DNA of 64,000 nt from an uncultured bacterium (lineage in GTDB: Bacteria > Patescibacteriota > Minisyncoccia > Minisyncoccales > CAVTZN01). The notes beneath the pieces were generated by a model. That model worked only from the letters and a program-made list of their open reading frames with translations. It had not been told where the DNA came from and made no database searches. Location of the stretch: contig OY969803.1 of NCBI GenBank assembly GCA_963703245.1, forward strand, positions 245,842 through 309,841. The letters run 5' to 3'. Below are positions 25,055 to 35,800 of this stretch, piece after piece. The translations under genes were made by a program, and so were the position numbers. Position 1 is the first letter of the stretch; the number at the start of each line of letters is the position of its first letter.

Positions 25055-27097
25055 ATGTCTCTTCAGGAAATTAAACAAAGAATAGAAAAACTTAAAAAAC
25101 TTATAAACCATCACCGTTATCTTTACCATGTTTTAGACCGCCAAGAAATTTCAGATTCAGCTCTAGATTCCTTGAAAAAGGAACTTTTTGATTTAGAACA
25201 GAAATACCCTGAATTTATTACTCCCGATTCGCCGACCCAAAGAGTATCTGGCAAACCCTTGGGTAAATTTGAGAAAGTAAAACATCCCCAGCCAATGCTT
25301 TCTTTTAACGATGCTTTTTCAGAAAAAGACATGGAAGATTGGTTGGAGCGGATTTCAAAGCTTTTAACTCCCGATGAAAAAGAAGTAGATTTTTTTTGCG
25401 AACTTAAAATTGACGGTTTAGCCATTGAATTAATTTATGCTAATGGAATTTTTAAAATAGGCGCTACTAGAGGAGATGGGATGGTTGGTGAAGATGTAAC
25501 TCAGAATTTAAAAACTATTGAAGCTATTCCACTTCGATTAAGAGACAAGGAAGAAATTTTTAATGATTTAGGGAAAATTAAGTCGTTTCCAAACAATATC
25601 GCCGTTAGAGGAGAAGTTTTTATTTCTAAAAAAGAATTTGAAAAATTAAATAAAGAACAATCGCGAAAAAATCTTCCTTTATACGCCAATCCCAGAAATG
25701 TGGCTGCTGGTTCTGTCAGACAACTTGACCCCAAAATAACTGCTCAAAGACACTTAGATTCTTATGCCTATGATTTAATTACGGATTTAAACCAAAAAAC
25801 CCACGAGGGAAAACATAAAATTTTAAAAACACTTGGCTTTAAAACAAATCCTCATAATAAATATTGTAAAAATTTAAAAGAAGTTTTTGAATTCCATAAT
25901 TTTTGGCAAAAAAACCGTGAGAAGCTCTCTTACGAAATCGATGGTATTGTTGTAATTATTAATTTAAATAAAATTTATAGTAAGTTAGGAATAATTGGTA
26001 AAGCTCCCCGCGCAACAATTGCTTATAAATTTCCCCTAAAACAAAACACGACCATTATCGAGAATATCCAAGTGCAAATAGGTAGAACAGGTGCCTTGAC
26101 GCCGGTTGCTTATTTAAAACCAGTTGAGGTTGGCGGAGTGACGATATCACGAGCGACTTTACATAATGAAGATGAAATAAAAAGATTGGGAGTAAAAATA
26201 GGAGATACAATTATTGTTGGCAGGGCAGGGGACGTTATCCCTGACATTATTAAAGTTTTGCCGGAATTAAGAACGGGAATAGAAAGGGAATTTAGAATGC
26301 CAAAAGATTGTCCCGCTTGTGGGACAAAATTGATTAAGCCAGTTAATGAAGTTGTCTGGCGTTGTCCAAATCAAAAATGCTTTGCTCGACAAAAAGAACA
26401 TTTTTATCATTTTGTTTCTAAGGGGGCTTTTGATATTCCGGGCCTCGGCCCTAAAATTGTCGACAGATTAATTGATGAGGATTTAGTTAAAGACCCCAGC
26501 GACTTATTTGAATTAAAAGAGGGAGATCTTTTATCGCTTGAAAGGTTTGCTGAAAAATCAGCTAAAAATTTAATTTCAGCGATTCAATCGAAAAAGAAAA
26601 TTACTCTGCCAAGATTTATTTTTTCTCTGGGTATGAGAAACGTTGGCGAAGAAACCGCTCAAGATTTGGCAGAATATTTTGGGAGTGTAGAAAAAATAAA
26701 AAAAGCTTCTTTAGAAAATTTACAAAAGATAACAGATATTGGTCCAGTTGTTGCTAGGTCGATTTATGAGTGGTTTAAAACAAAAAGAAATTTAGAATTT
26801 TTAGAAAAATTAAAAAAAACTGGGATAATTATAGAAAATTCCGCTTTCGCAAAGGCTTTAATAGGCAAACAAAAACTAAGAGGACTAACTTTCGTTCTTA
26901 CGGGTGGTTTAGAAACAATGACCAGAGAAATGGTAAAAGAAAAAATAAGAATTTTGGGCGGAGAAATCTCGGAATCAGTTTCAAAAAACACAGATTATGT
27001 TATCGTTGGCAAAGAACCGGGGTCTAAATTAGAAATTGCTAAAAATTTAGGAGTTAAAATGATAACAGAAGAAGAACTTTTAAGAATGATAAAATAA
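25055..27097 (+). CDS. ligA: NAD-dependent DNA ligase
   Basis: Adenylation motif ELKIDGLAIEL, OB fold, Zn finger CPACGTKL...CPNQKC, HhH repeats and a C-terminal BRCT (TFVLTGGL...). Confidence 0.9.
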   Translation: MSLQEIKQRIEKLKKLINHHRYLYHVLDRQEISDSALDSLKKELFDLEQKYPEFITPDSPTQRVSGKPLGKFEKVKHPQPMLSFNDAFSEKDMEDWLERISKLLTPDEKEVDFFCELKIDGLAIELIYANGIFKIGATRGDGMVGEDVTQNLKTIEAIPLRLRDKEEIFNDLGKIKSFPNNIAVRGEVFISKKEFEKLNKEQSRKNLPLYANPRNVAAGSVRQLDPKITAQRHLDSYAYDLITDLNQKTHEGKHKILKTLGFKTNPHNKYCKNLKEVFEFHNFWQKNREKLSYEIDGIVVIINLNKIYSKLGIIGKAPRATIAYKFPLKQNTTIIENIQVQIGRTGALTPVAYLKPVEVGGVTISRATLHNEDEIKRLGVKIGDTIIVGRAGDVIPDIIKVLPELRTGIEREFRMPKDCPACGTKLIKPVNEVVWRCPNQKCFARQKEHFYHFVSKGAFDIPGLGPKIVDRLIDEDLVKDPSDLFELKEGDLLSLERFAEKSAKNLISAIQSKKKITLPRFIFSLGMRNVGEETAQDLAEYFGSVEKIKKASLENLQKITDIGPVVARSIYEWFKTKRNLEFLEKLKKTGIIIENSAFAKALIGKQKLRGLTFVLTGGLETMTREMVKEKIRILGGEISESVSKNTDYVIVGKEPGSKLEIAKNLGVKMITEEELLRMIK

Positions 27098-27100
27098 GCA

Positions 27101-28195
27101 ATGGAATCTTTTTTACTTCATTTAAAAAAACTGGATTGGACACTTATTATCGTCGTCCTTCTGCTTGTTGTAATTGGTTTAGTTTCAATTTGCAGTTCCT
27201 CTTTAGGTCGAGGAGATTTTTTAAATTTTAAAAAACAAATTATTTTTTTGGGGATAGGGTTTATATTAATGATTCTTTTGAGTTTTTTTGACTGGAGAAT
27301 TTTAAGAAAAGACCCTTATTTAATTTTAATTCTTTATTTTATTTCCTTAATTGCTTTGGCTGGACTTTATTTTTTTGCTCCGGAAATAAGAGGAGTTAAA
27401 AGTTGGTATAAAATAGGCGAAATCTCTCTTGACCCAATCGAATTTACCAAAATCATTTTAATCATCTTGTTGGCTAAATATTTTTCAATGCGCCATATTG
27501 AAATGTATCGATTGCGCCATATTTTTCTTTCTGGAATTTATGTTCTTTTACCCGTTGCCTTATTCTTTTTCCAGCCAGACCTTGGTTCAGTTTTAATCCT
27601 GATTGCCATTTGGATTGGAATTTTAATTATTTCGGGGATTAAAATTCGCCATTTTTTGATTTTAGCTCTTTGCGGCCTTTTAATTCTTGTAGTCGCGTGG
27701 ATGTTTTTACTAAAAGACTATCAAAAGCAGAGAATTATCAGTTTTATTGACCCACAGATTGATCCTCAAGGAATTTCTTGGAGTGTTAACCAATCAAAAA
27801 TCGCCATCGGTTCGGGAGGTCTTTTTGGTAAAGGTTTTAATCAGGGACCACAGATCCGATATGGCTTTTTACCTGAAACCCAAACCGATTTTATTTTTGC
27901 CGCCATTGCCGAAGAATTTGGTTTAATTGGGATAGGGATTTTACTATCTTTATTTTCTTTCTTAATATGGAGAGTAATTAAAATTGCTATATCAGCAAGC
28001 TCTAATTTCCCTCGTCTCTTTGCGACTGGTTTTGCTATTCTTATATTCTGCCAGGTTTTTATTAATGTCGGTATGAATCTTGGAGTTTTGCCGATTATTG
28101 GTATTCCTTTACCATTGGTAAGTTACGGAGGGTCTTCTTTAGTGGCAATTTTTGTGGCTTTAGGAATTTTACAAAGCATCAGGGTGAAAGACTAA
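27101..28195 (+). CDS. SEDS-family peptidoglycan glycosyltransferase (FtsW/RodA)
   Basis: Ten-TM protein with PETQTDFIFAAIAEEFGLIG and LPLVSYGGSS signatures. Confidence 0.8.
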   Translation: MESFLLHLKKLDWTLIIVVLLLVVIGLVSICSSSLGRGDFLNFKKQIIFLGIGFILMILLSFFDWRILRKDPYLILILYFISLIALAGLYFFAPEIRGVKSWYKIGEISLDPIEFTKIILIILLAKYFSMRHIEMYRLRHIFLSGIYVLLPVALFFFQPDLGSVLILIAIWIGILIISGIKIRHFLILALCGLLILVVAWMFLLKDYQKQRIISFIDPQIDPQGISWSVNQSKIAIGSGGLFGKGFNQGPQIRYGFLPETQTDFIFAAIAEEFGLIGIGILLSLFSFLIWRVIKIAISASSNFPRLFATGFAILIFCQVFINVGMNLGVLPIIGIPLPLVSYGGSSLVAIFVALGILQSIRVKD

Positions 28196-28229
28196 AACAT
28201 TATCCGATACCCTCTTTTTAATCTAAACC

Positions 28230-28264
28230 AGCCTGTGAATAATTTCTATTGACACAGGCTTTTA
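28230..28264 (+). terminator. Terminator after the SEDS gene
   Basis: AGCCTGTG-N15-CACAGGCT followed by TTTT. Confidence 0.5.
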
Positions 28265-28304
28265 TTATGAGAAAATAAAACAATATTAGAGTTATCCGAT
28301 ATGT

Positions 28305-29348
28305 TTGCAGACCTATAAAAATCCTAAAAATATAATGATTAAAAACCAAAAATACATATCTTTAACAGAGGCAACAAAATACTGTAATTATTCGCAGGAG
28401 TATTTATCGTTAAGGGCTAGGCAAGGGAAGTTAAGGTCAATAAAACTCGGTCGTAACTGGGTGACTACAAAAGAATGGCTCAGAGATTATATTCAAAAAA
28501 TGGAGGAGATAAATGATAAGAACCATAAAGCGGTTTTGCCTCCAGAAAATTTACCAGTTGGAAGCTTTACTAATTTTGAATTCCAGAAAATAAAAACGCA
28601 GCCGTCATTAATTTTTATAATGGCGACGATTTTTATTTTATTAATTACTTCAGTTACTCTAAATAAAGAAGGAATCACAAAAACTTTTGATGATACTACA
28701 CCATACGTCGAGAAAATTTCGCAAGCCGTAGATAGAAATTTCAAAGAAGAATTTAAATTTATTTTACAAACCCATAAAGAATTTTATCAACTAACAGGCA
28801 ATATTATAGTATATATCGGTGAAACCGGAAATTATTTTGTGGAAGATAGTACTCGAGATTTTTACCAAACCATTTCAGAAATAAAAGATTTAACTTTTGG
28901 AACCTATAAAAATATTTTTCATAACATCTCAAACGGAATTTCTCAAGCATCTCTTTTAGCCATTACTCCTCAAGAACCAAAAAATTCTGACGGTGTTCTT
29001 AAAGAGACTATTAACACCTTTAAAGATTATAGTAATTGGTTAACCTATCAAACTTCAAAGAAAACAAATGGAGTTTTTGAAAGAGTTTATACCACATCGC
29101 AAATAATTTCTAATAATTTTATTTATACTTCAGGAACGACTGGAGAAAAAATAGTTAATAATTCTTTCAAAGCAGGAATCCTTCTTAATAAAGAAATAAA
29201 TCAAAACGCTGGAAACTTAATTTCTGCTATTAAAAAGATATTCCAAAATAATTATTATATTGCCAGCAATTTTATAAAAGAAAGAATTGCTAAGGGAGTT
29301 GAACTTCTTACTCAGCTTTTTGGACAGCCAGAGATAAAGAACAAATAG
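28305..29348 (+). CDS. Membrane protein with an N-terminal excisionase/MerR-like HTH
   Basis: YISLTEATKYCNYSQEYLSLRARQGKLRSIKLGRNWVTTKEWLRDYI resembles an HTH_17-type domain and is followed by one TM helix. The track start is TTG; ATG 28335 is an alternative start. Confidence 0.45.
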   Translation: MQTYKNPKNIMIKNQKYISLTEATKYCNYSQEYLSLRARQGKLRSIKLGRNWVTTKEWLRDYIQKMEEINDKNHKAVLPPENLPVGSFTNFEFQKIKTQPSLIFIMATIFILLITSVTLNKEGITKTFDDTTPYVEKISQAVDRNFKEEFKFILQTHKEFYQLTGNIIVYIGETGNYFVEDSTRDFYQTISEIKDLTFGTYKNIFHNISNGISQASLLAITPQEPKNSDGVLKETINTFKDYSNWLTYQTSKKTNGVFERVYTTSQIISNNFIYTSGTTGEKIVNNSFKAGILLNKEINQNAGNLISAIKKIFQNNYYIASNFIKERIAKGVELLTQLFGQPEIKNK

Positions 29349-29363
29349 AAGAGGGGTGAAGGG

Positions 29364-29392
29364 TTGACAAATTTTTTAAAATAGATTAAAAT
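29364..29392 (+). promoter_or_regulatory. Putative sigma-70 promoter for rpoBC
   Basis: TTGACA-N17-TAAAAT, 133 nt upstream of the rpoB ATG. Confidence 0.5.
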
Positions 29393-29483
29393 CAAAATAT
29401 CGTATTATTAGGTGCTTTAATAACTTTTTTAAAATATCATTTCTTTGTTTTTTGAACTAAAAAATTACTAAATTTAATTACCA

Positions 29484-29512
29484 CCCTAAAAATCTAACAT
29501 TTAGGGTTTTTT
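29484..29512 (+). terminator. Terminator-like hairpin in the rpoB leader (possible attenuator)
   Basis: CCCTAAA-N9-TTTAGGG followed by TTTTTT, ending 12 nt before the rpoB start codon. Confidence 0.45.
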
Positions 29513-29524
29513 AGCGTTTTACCC

Positions 29525-32500
29525 ATGAAAGACATAAAAGTTAAAAATTTCTCCAAATCAAGGGTTTCTTTTCCTCTTCCTTATTTAATTGCTGCTCAAA
29601 AAGAAAGCTGGAATTGGTTTTGGGAGAAAGGAATAAAAGAATTATTGTCCGAAATTTCGCCAATTAGAGATTATACTGGTAAAGAGTTAGAACTTTGGTT
29701 TTTGGATTACAAATTAGACAAACCAAAATATTCTTCTGACCTTGAAGCGAAACAAAACAACGAATCTTATGAGGTAGCCTTGAGAGTAAAAACAAGGCTG
29801 GTTAATTTAAAAACAAAGGAAATCAAAGAACAGGAAGTTTTTCTCACAGATTTTCCTTTAATGACAGAAAGAGGAATTTTTATTGTGAACGGCGTAGAAA
29901 GGGTGGTTATTTCCCAACTTATTCGTTCTCCCGGTGCTTTTTTTACTGCCCAGACTTTCCAGGGCCGCAATTTGTTCGGAGCGAAAATTATTCCAAACAG
30001 AGGAGCTTGGTTGGAGTTTGAAACAGAACCATCAGGCTTTATTGGAGTAAAAATTGACAGAAAAAGAAAAGTGCCAGCAACCACTTTACTCAGAGCTTTT
30101 GGTATTGATAAAGACAACCAGATTTTGGAAAATTTTCAGGACGTTGACAGAAATCCCGACCAAAAATTTATTACTGAAACCCTAAAGAAAGACCCGACCC
30201 ACAACCAAGTTGAGGCGGTAGTGGAAATTTACCAAAGATTAAGACCAGGAGATATTGCTGCTCCCGACAGCGCTAGGGAATTGATTGAAAATATGTTTTT
30301 CAATTTTGAGAGATACGACCTTTCAAAAGTTGGTAGGTGGAGGATGAATCAACGCTTCCCAATCGTTAAAACCAAAAATCCCGCCTTCGCCAAGGCTTCG
30401 ACGAGCAAACAAAAAGAAAAATTAGCAGAGGAAATTACAGTAAAAGATAGGGTTTTAAAGGTTGAAGATATTATAGCGGTTTTAAAAGAAGTTATCAGAC
30501 TAAATAATGATCCAGAAGCCAAGCCTGACCAAATCGACCATTTAGGAAATCGAAGAGTAAGAACTATTGGAGAATTATTGCAGAATAGGTTAAGGGTGGG
30601 ATTGATGAGAATGGAAAGAAATATAAAAGACAGGATGTCAACTTTAAATATCCCCACTTTAGCGCCCGTTCAACTAATAAATCCAAGACCGTTTATGGCG
30701 GTGGTTAAAGAATTTTTCGCTTCTTCGCAATTATCCCAGTTTATGGATAATGAAAATTCTTTAGCTGAGTTAGAGCATAAAAGAAGATTGTCAGCAACAG
30801 GGCCCGGCGGTTTGACAAGAGAAAGAGCAGGATTTGAAGTCCGAGATGTTCAGCCTTCTCATTATGGCAGAATTTGTCCTATTCAGACGCCGGAGGGGCC
30901 GAATATTGGCCTAATTTCTCACTTAGCTTCTTTCGCCAGAGTTAATCCTTATGGATTTATTGAAACTCCTTATTTTAAAGTTGAGAAAAGCAGAGTTAGT
31001 TCAGAGGTTCATTATCTTAATGCCTATCAGGAAGAAAGATACAATATTGCTCACGCCGGTGTGCCCATTGATGAAAAAGGGAGAATTATATCAAAAAAAA
31101 TCGAAGCAAGAATAAAGGGTCAGCCCGGAGAAATTGAAAGAGAAAAGATTGATTATATCGATGTTTCTTCGAAACAATGTATTTCTATTGCTACTTCTTT
31201 AATTCCTTTCTTGCAAAATGACGACGCTAACCGTGCTTTAATGGGTTCTAACATGCAAAGGCAGGCAGTGCCTTGTTTAAAACCAGAACTTCCTTTGGTA
31301 TGTACTGGAGTTGAGCCGAAAGTTGCGAGAGATTCTGGTCAAGAAATTATTGCAAAAGAAGATGGTATTGTTCTCGACGTTGATGCCAATCATATAAAAG
31401 TAAGATATAAAAAAGCATTATCCGCTAAAGCTTCGGAGGATAAAAGCGAAAGAGGGGAAAAAATTTATAATTTACGAACATTCATCCGAACAAATCAGTA
31501 TACTTCACTTCACCAGAGACCAATAGTAAAAAAGGGTCAAGAATTTAAAAAAGGAGATGTTTTGGTTGACGGAACAGATATGGATAGGGGCTGGTTGGCT
31601 TTAGGCCAAAATCTTCTAGTTGCTTTTTTACCTTGGAGGGGAAGCAATTATGAAGACGCTATTATTATCTCCGAAAGGTTGGTGAAAGATGATAGATACA
31701 CTTCAATCCATATTGAGGATTTTTCTTGCGATGTGAGAGAAACAAAATTGGGGCCGGAAATTACAACCTGCGATATCCCCAATGTCTCTGAAGAAAAATT
31801 GAAGGACTTAGACGAAGAAGGAGTTGTTAGGATTGGAGCTGAAGTAAAAGCAAATGATATTTTAGTTGGAAAAATTTCGCCAAAAGGAGAAGCTGATTTG
31901 ACTGCTGAAGAAAGATTACTAAGAGCAATTTTCGGAGAAAAAGCAAGAGAAGTAAAAGATACATCTTTACTTATGCCGCACGGAAAAAGAGGAAGAGTTA
32001 TTTCTGTAAAAACTTTTTCTCGGGCAAAAGGAGATAAGTTGGAGCCGGGAGTCATAAAAAGGATTCAAGTTGAAGTAGCTCAAATTAGAAAAATTACTGC
32101 TGGCGACAAACTTGCTGGCCGCCACGGAAATAAAGGGGTAATTTCCAAAGTTTTGCCAGAAGAAGAAATGCCGTTTTTAGAGGACGGCACTCCGGTTGAC
32201 ATTGTTTTAAATCCTATCAGTGTTGCTTCTCGAATGAATATCGGTCAAATTTTGGAAACCCATTTAGGACTGGCGGCTCATAAATTAGGATATGTAGCAA
32301 TTTCTCCAGCGCTTCTCGGCGCAAATGAAAAAGATATTAAAGAAGAATTAAAAACAGCGGGCTACCCTGAAGACGGAAAAGTTATTCTTTATGATGGTGT
32401 GACCGGTCTTCCTTTTTCCGAAAGAATAACGGTTGGTTATATTTATATGATGAAATTGATTCATATGGTTGAAGATAAAATCCATATGCGTTCTATTGGG

Positions 32501-32803
32501 CCCTATTCTTTAATTACTCAGCAGCCTTTAGGAGGAAAAGCCCAATTCGGAGGCCAAAGATTCGGCGAAATGGAAGTTTGGGCTTTAGAAGGCTATGGGG
32601 TTGCTAATATTTTACAGGAAATGCTGACAATTAAATCTGACGATGTACAGGGAAGAGCGGCTGCTTACGAAGCGATTTTAAAAGGTGAAGAAATTAAAAG
32701 TCCCAACATACCCGCGTCATTTAATTTATTGGTTAATGAATTAAAATCATTAGGGTTAAGCGTCGAAGTTAAAGAAAAACAAAAAGAAGAAACTAAAGAG
32801 TAA
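29525..32803 (+). CDS. rpoB: DNA-directed RNA polymerase subunit beta
   Basis: DHLGNRRVRTIGELL, SQLSQFMDNENSLAELEHKRRLSA, GRHGNKGVISK and GGQRFGEMEVWALE signatures. Confidence 0.95.
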   Translation: MKDIKVKNFSKSRVSFPLPYLIAAQKESWNWFWEKGIKELLSEISPIRDYTGKELELWFLDYKLDKPKYSSDLEAKQNNESYEVALRVKTRLVNLKTKEIKEQEVFLTDFPLMTERGIFIVNGVERVVISQLIRSPGAFFTAQTFQGRNLFGAKIIPNRGAWLEFETEPSGFIGVKIDRKRKVPATTLLRAFGIDKDNQILENFQDVDRNPDQKFITETLKKDPTHNQVEAVVEIYQRLRPGDIAAPDSARELIENMFFNFERYDLSKVGRWRMNQRFPIVKTKNPAFAKASTSKQKEKLAEEITVKDRVLKVEDIIAVLKEVIRLNNDPEAKPDQIDHLGNRRVRTIGELLQNRLRVGLMRMERNIKDRMSTLNIPTLAPVQLINPRPFMAVVKEFFASSQLSQFMDNENSLAELEHKRRLSATGPGGLTRERAGFEVRDVQPSHYGRICPIQTPEGPNIGLISHLASFARVNPYGFIETPYFKVEKSRVSSEVHYLNAYQEERYNIAHAGVPIDEKGRIISKKIEARIKGQPGEIEREKIDYIDVSSKQCISIATSLIPFLQNDDANRALMGSNMQRQAVPCLKPELPLVCTGVEPKVARDSGQEIIAKEDGIVLDVDANHIKVRYKKALSAKASEDKSERGEKIYNLRTFIRTNQYTSLHQRPIVKKGQEFKKGDVLVDGTDMDRGWLALGQNLLVAFLPWRGSNYEDAIIISERLVKDDRYTSIHIEDFSCDVRETKLGPEITTCDIPNVSEEKLKDLDEEGVVRIGAEVKANDILVGKISPKGEADLTAEERLLRAIFGEKAREVKDTSLLMPHGKRGRVISVKTFSRAKGDKLEPGVIKRIQVEVAQIRKITAGDKLAGRHGNKGVISKVLPEEEMPFLEDGTPVDIVLNPISVASRMNIGQILETHLGLAAHKLGYVAISPALLGANEKDIKEELKTAGYPEDGKVILYDGVTGLPFSERITVGYIYMMKLIHMVEDKIHMRSIGPYSLITQQPLGGKAQFGGQRFGEMEVWALEGYGVANILQEMLTIKSDDVQGRAAAYEAILKGEEIKSPNIPASFNLLVNELKSLGLSVEVKEKQKEETKE

Positions 32804-32808
32804 AAACT

Positions 32809-35800
32809 ATGCGCGTAATAGATTTAGAATCAATTAGAATAAAACTTGCTTCTCCGGATGATATTTTATCTTGGTCACATGGAGAAATAACAAAACCAGA
32901 AACCATTAACTACCGTACTCAGAAACCTGAGAAAGACGGTCTTTTTTGCGAGAAAATTTTCGGTCCTGAAAAGGATTACGAATGCTATTGCGGAAAATAC
33001 CGCAGGATAAGATACAAAGGAATAATTTGCGATAAATGCGGAGTAGAAGTTACTAAATCTTCAGTCAGAAGGGAAAGAATGGGACATATCAAGCTTGCTG
33101 CATCCTGTTCTCATATTTGGTTTTTAAGAGGGATGCCTTCTCGAATGGGCATGGTAATTGATATTCCTATGCAGCAGTTAGAGAGAGTAATCTATTTTGC
33201 CAGCTACATTATTACCAAGGTTAACGAAGACGCTAAAAAGAAAATTTTGGACGAAATTGAAAGAGAATTTAAAGAAAAAGTTAAAAATATATCGCCGAGA
33301 ACTTCCAAAAAATCTGAAAAAGAGAAAAAATCTAAAAAAGATTCCGAAAAAAAAGAATCAAAAGGCGCGGTGAAAAATAGAATTAAAGAATTAACCGAAG
33401 CAAAAGATAAGGCAAAAGAAGAGGTATCTAACATTAAGCCCCTAAAAATTCTTTCAGAAGTTGATTACCATAATTTATCTTTAAAATACGGAGAATGTTT
33501 TGAAGCAGGAACCGGTGCAGAAACCCTAAGAAAGATTTTTGAAGGAATTGATTTGAAAAAATTAACCCAACAATTAAAAAAAGAAACAGAAGAGACCGAA
33601 GGAGAAAATAAGAGAAAAATTTTACGAAGATTAAAAATTATTGAGAGCATGCTAAGGGCCCAAATCAGGCCAGAATGGATGTTTTTGACAGTTCTTCCGG
33701 TTTTGCCACCCGATCTGCGCCCTATGGTTCAAATTGACGGCGGCAGATATGCTTCCTCTGACCTAAATGATTTATATCGGCGAGTAATTAATCGCAATAA
33801 CAGATTAAATTATCTTTTAGAGATTTCAGCTCCTGAAGTTATTGTTCGCAATGAAAAAAGAATGCTTCAGGAAGCAGTTGACGCTTTGATTGACAACAAT
33901 ATGAGGAAAGCTCAAACCACTCAGGCGACAACTGGCGGAAAAAGATTATTAAAATCTTTAGCAGATATACTTAAAGGAAAACAAGGCAGATTCAGACAGA
34001 ATCTTTTAGGCAAAAGAGTTGATTATTCCGGAAGGTCGGTTATTGTTGTGGGGCCGGAATTAAAACATTTTCAGGTTGGGCTTCCCAAAAAAATGGCTTT
34101 GGAACTTTTTAAACCTTTGGTCATAAAGAATATTTTAGAAAAAGAATTAGCTTACAATATAAAAGGAGCTTCGAGGTTAATCGAAGCAGAGACTGATGAA
34201 GTTTGGGCGATTTTAGAAGAAATTGTTAAAGATAAATTAGTTTTATTAAACCGCGCTCCTACTTTACATAGATTGGGAATTCAGGCCTTTCAGCCGGTTT
34301 TAATCGAAGGAGAAGCAATCAGAATTCCTCCAATGGTTTGTAAGGCTTTTAATGCTGATTTTGACGGAGACCAAATGGCAGTTCATGTGCCCCTTTCTTC
34401 GGAGGCTCAAAAAGAAGCCAAAGAAATTATGTTATCCACTATTAATCTTCTAAAGCCAGCAACCGGCACCCCAATTGTTTCTCCGACTCAAGACATTATT
34501 TTAGGATGCTATTATCTGACTAAAATCTTCGACGGATTAAAAGGCGAAGGAAAAATTTTTGGCTCTGCCCAAGAATCTTTACTAGTTTATGATTTCGGCG
34601 AAGTCGACCTTAAAGCGAAAATTAAAGTTCAAAATCCAAAAACGGAAGCAAAAACCTCCCTGGAATTTATTGAAACATCGGTGGGCAGAATTATTTTTAA
34701 TCAAGTTTTGCCCAAAGAATTTCCCTATATTAATGAAGTAATAAACTCAAAAAAATTAGATAAATTAATAAGTCAACTTATTGAAAAATACGGAACTGAA
34801 TATTCCTATCAAATTTTGGATCAAATTAAGGAACTGGGGTTTGAATATGCGACAAAATCAGGAGTCTCTTGGGGAATGGATGATTTAATTGTTCCTGCCG
34901 AAAAAGAAAAACTGATTGAAGATGCTGAAAAAGGAATAGAATTGATCGAAGGCCATTTCAATAAAGGGCTTCTGTCAAAAGAAGAAAGGTCTCTTCAGAT
35001 AATTGAAGTTTGGCAAAAAACTAAATCAGAAATTGAAAAACTGGTTCCAAAAACCCTGCCAATTAACGGTTCAGTATTTTCAATTATTGATTCTGGGGCA
35101 AAAGGTTCTTGGTCCCAGCCAATTCAAATGGCTGGTATGAAAGGCCTTGTGATTAATCCTGCCGGCCAGATAATTGAATTGCCGGTTAAAAGTTCTTTTA
35201 AAGAAGGATTTGATGTATTGGAATATTTTATTTCTACCCACGGCGCTAGAAAAGGAACAGCTGATACAGCCCTAAGAACCTCAACAGCAGGTTATTTAAC
35301 ACGAAGATTAATTGATGTTTCTCATGAGGTAGTAGTTAGGGAAGAAGATTGTAAAACAGAAAAGGGGATATTACTTTCTAAAGAGGAAGCAAAAGAAATT
35401 GGTCAAGATTTTAGCTTAAAAATTGTCGGAAGAGTTGCTTTAGAAGATATAAATTCGGGTAAACGGGTTTTGGTGAAAAAAGACGAGATAATTAATTGGG
35501 AAAAAGCCAGAGAAATAGAATCACTGCCAGAAATAAAAGAAGTTAAAACTCGTTCTCCTTTAAACTGTAATACTTCTTTTGGAGTTTGTCAGAAATGTTA
35601 TGGTTGGGATTTAGGGAGAAACTCTTTAGTTCGAATGGGACAAGCCGTAGGAATTGTCGCCGCCCAAGCGATTGGAGAACCGGGCACCCAATTAACAATG
35701 AGAACTTTTCATACTGGCGGAGTGGCTGGTGGAGCTGATATTACCCAAGGTCTGCCGCGGGTTGATGAGGTTTTTGAAGTTAGACCGCCGGTAGGCAAGG

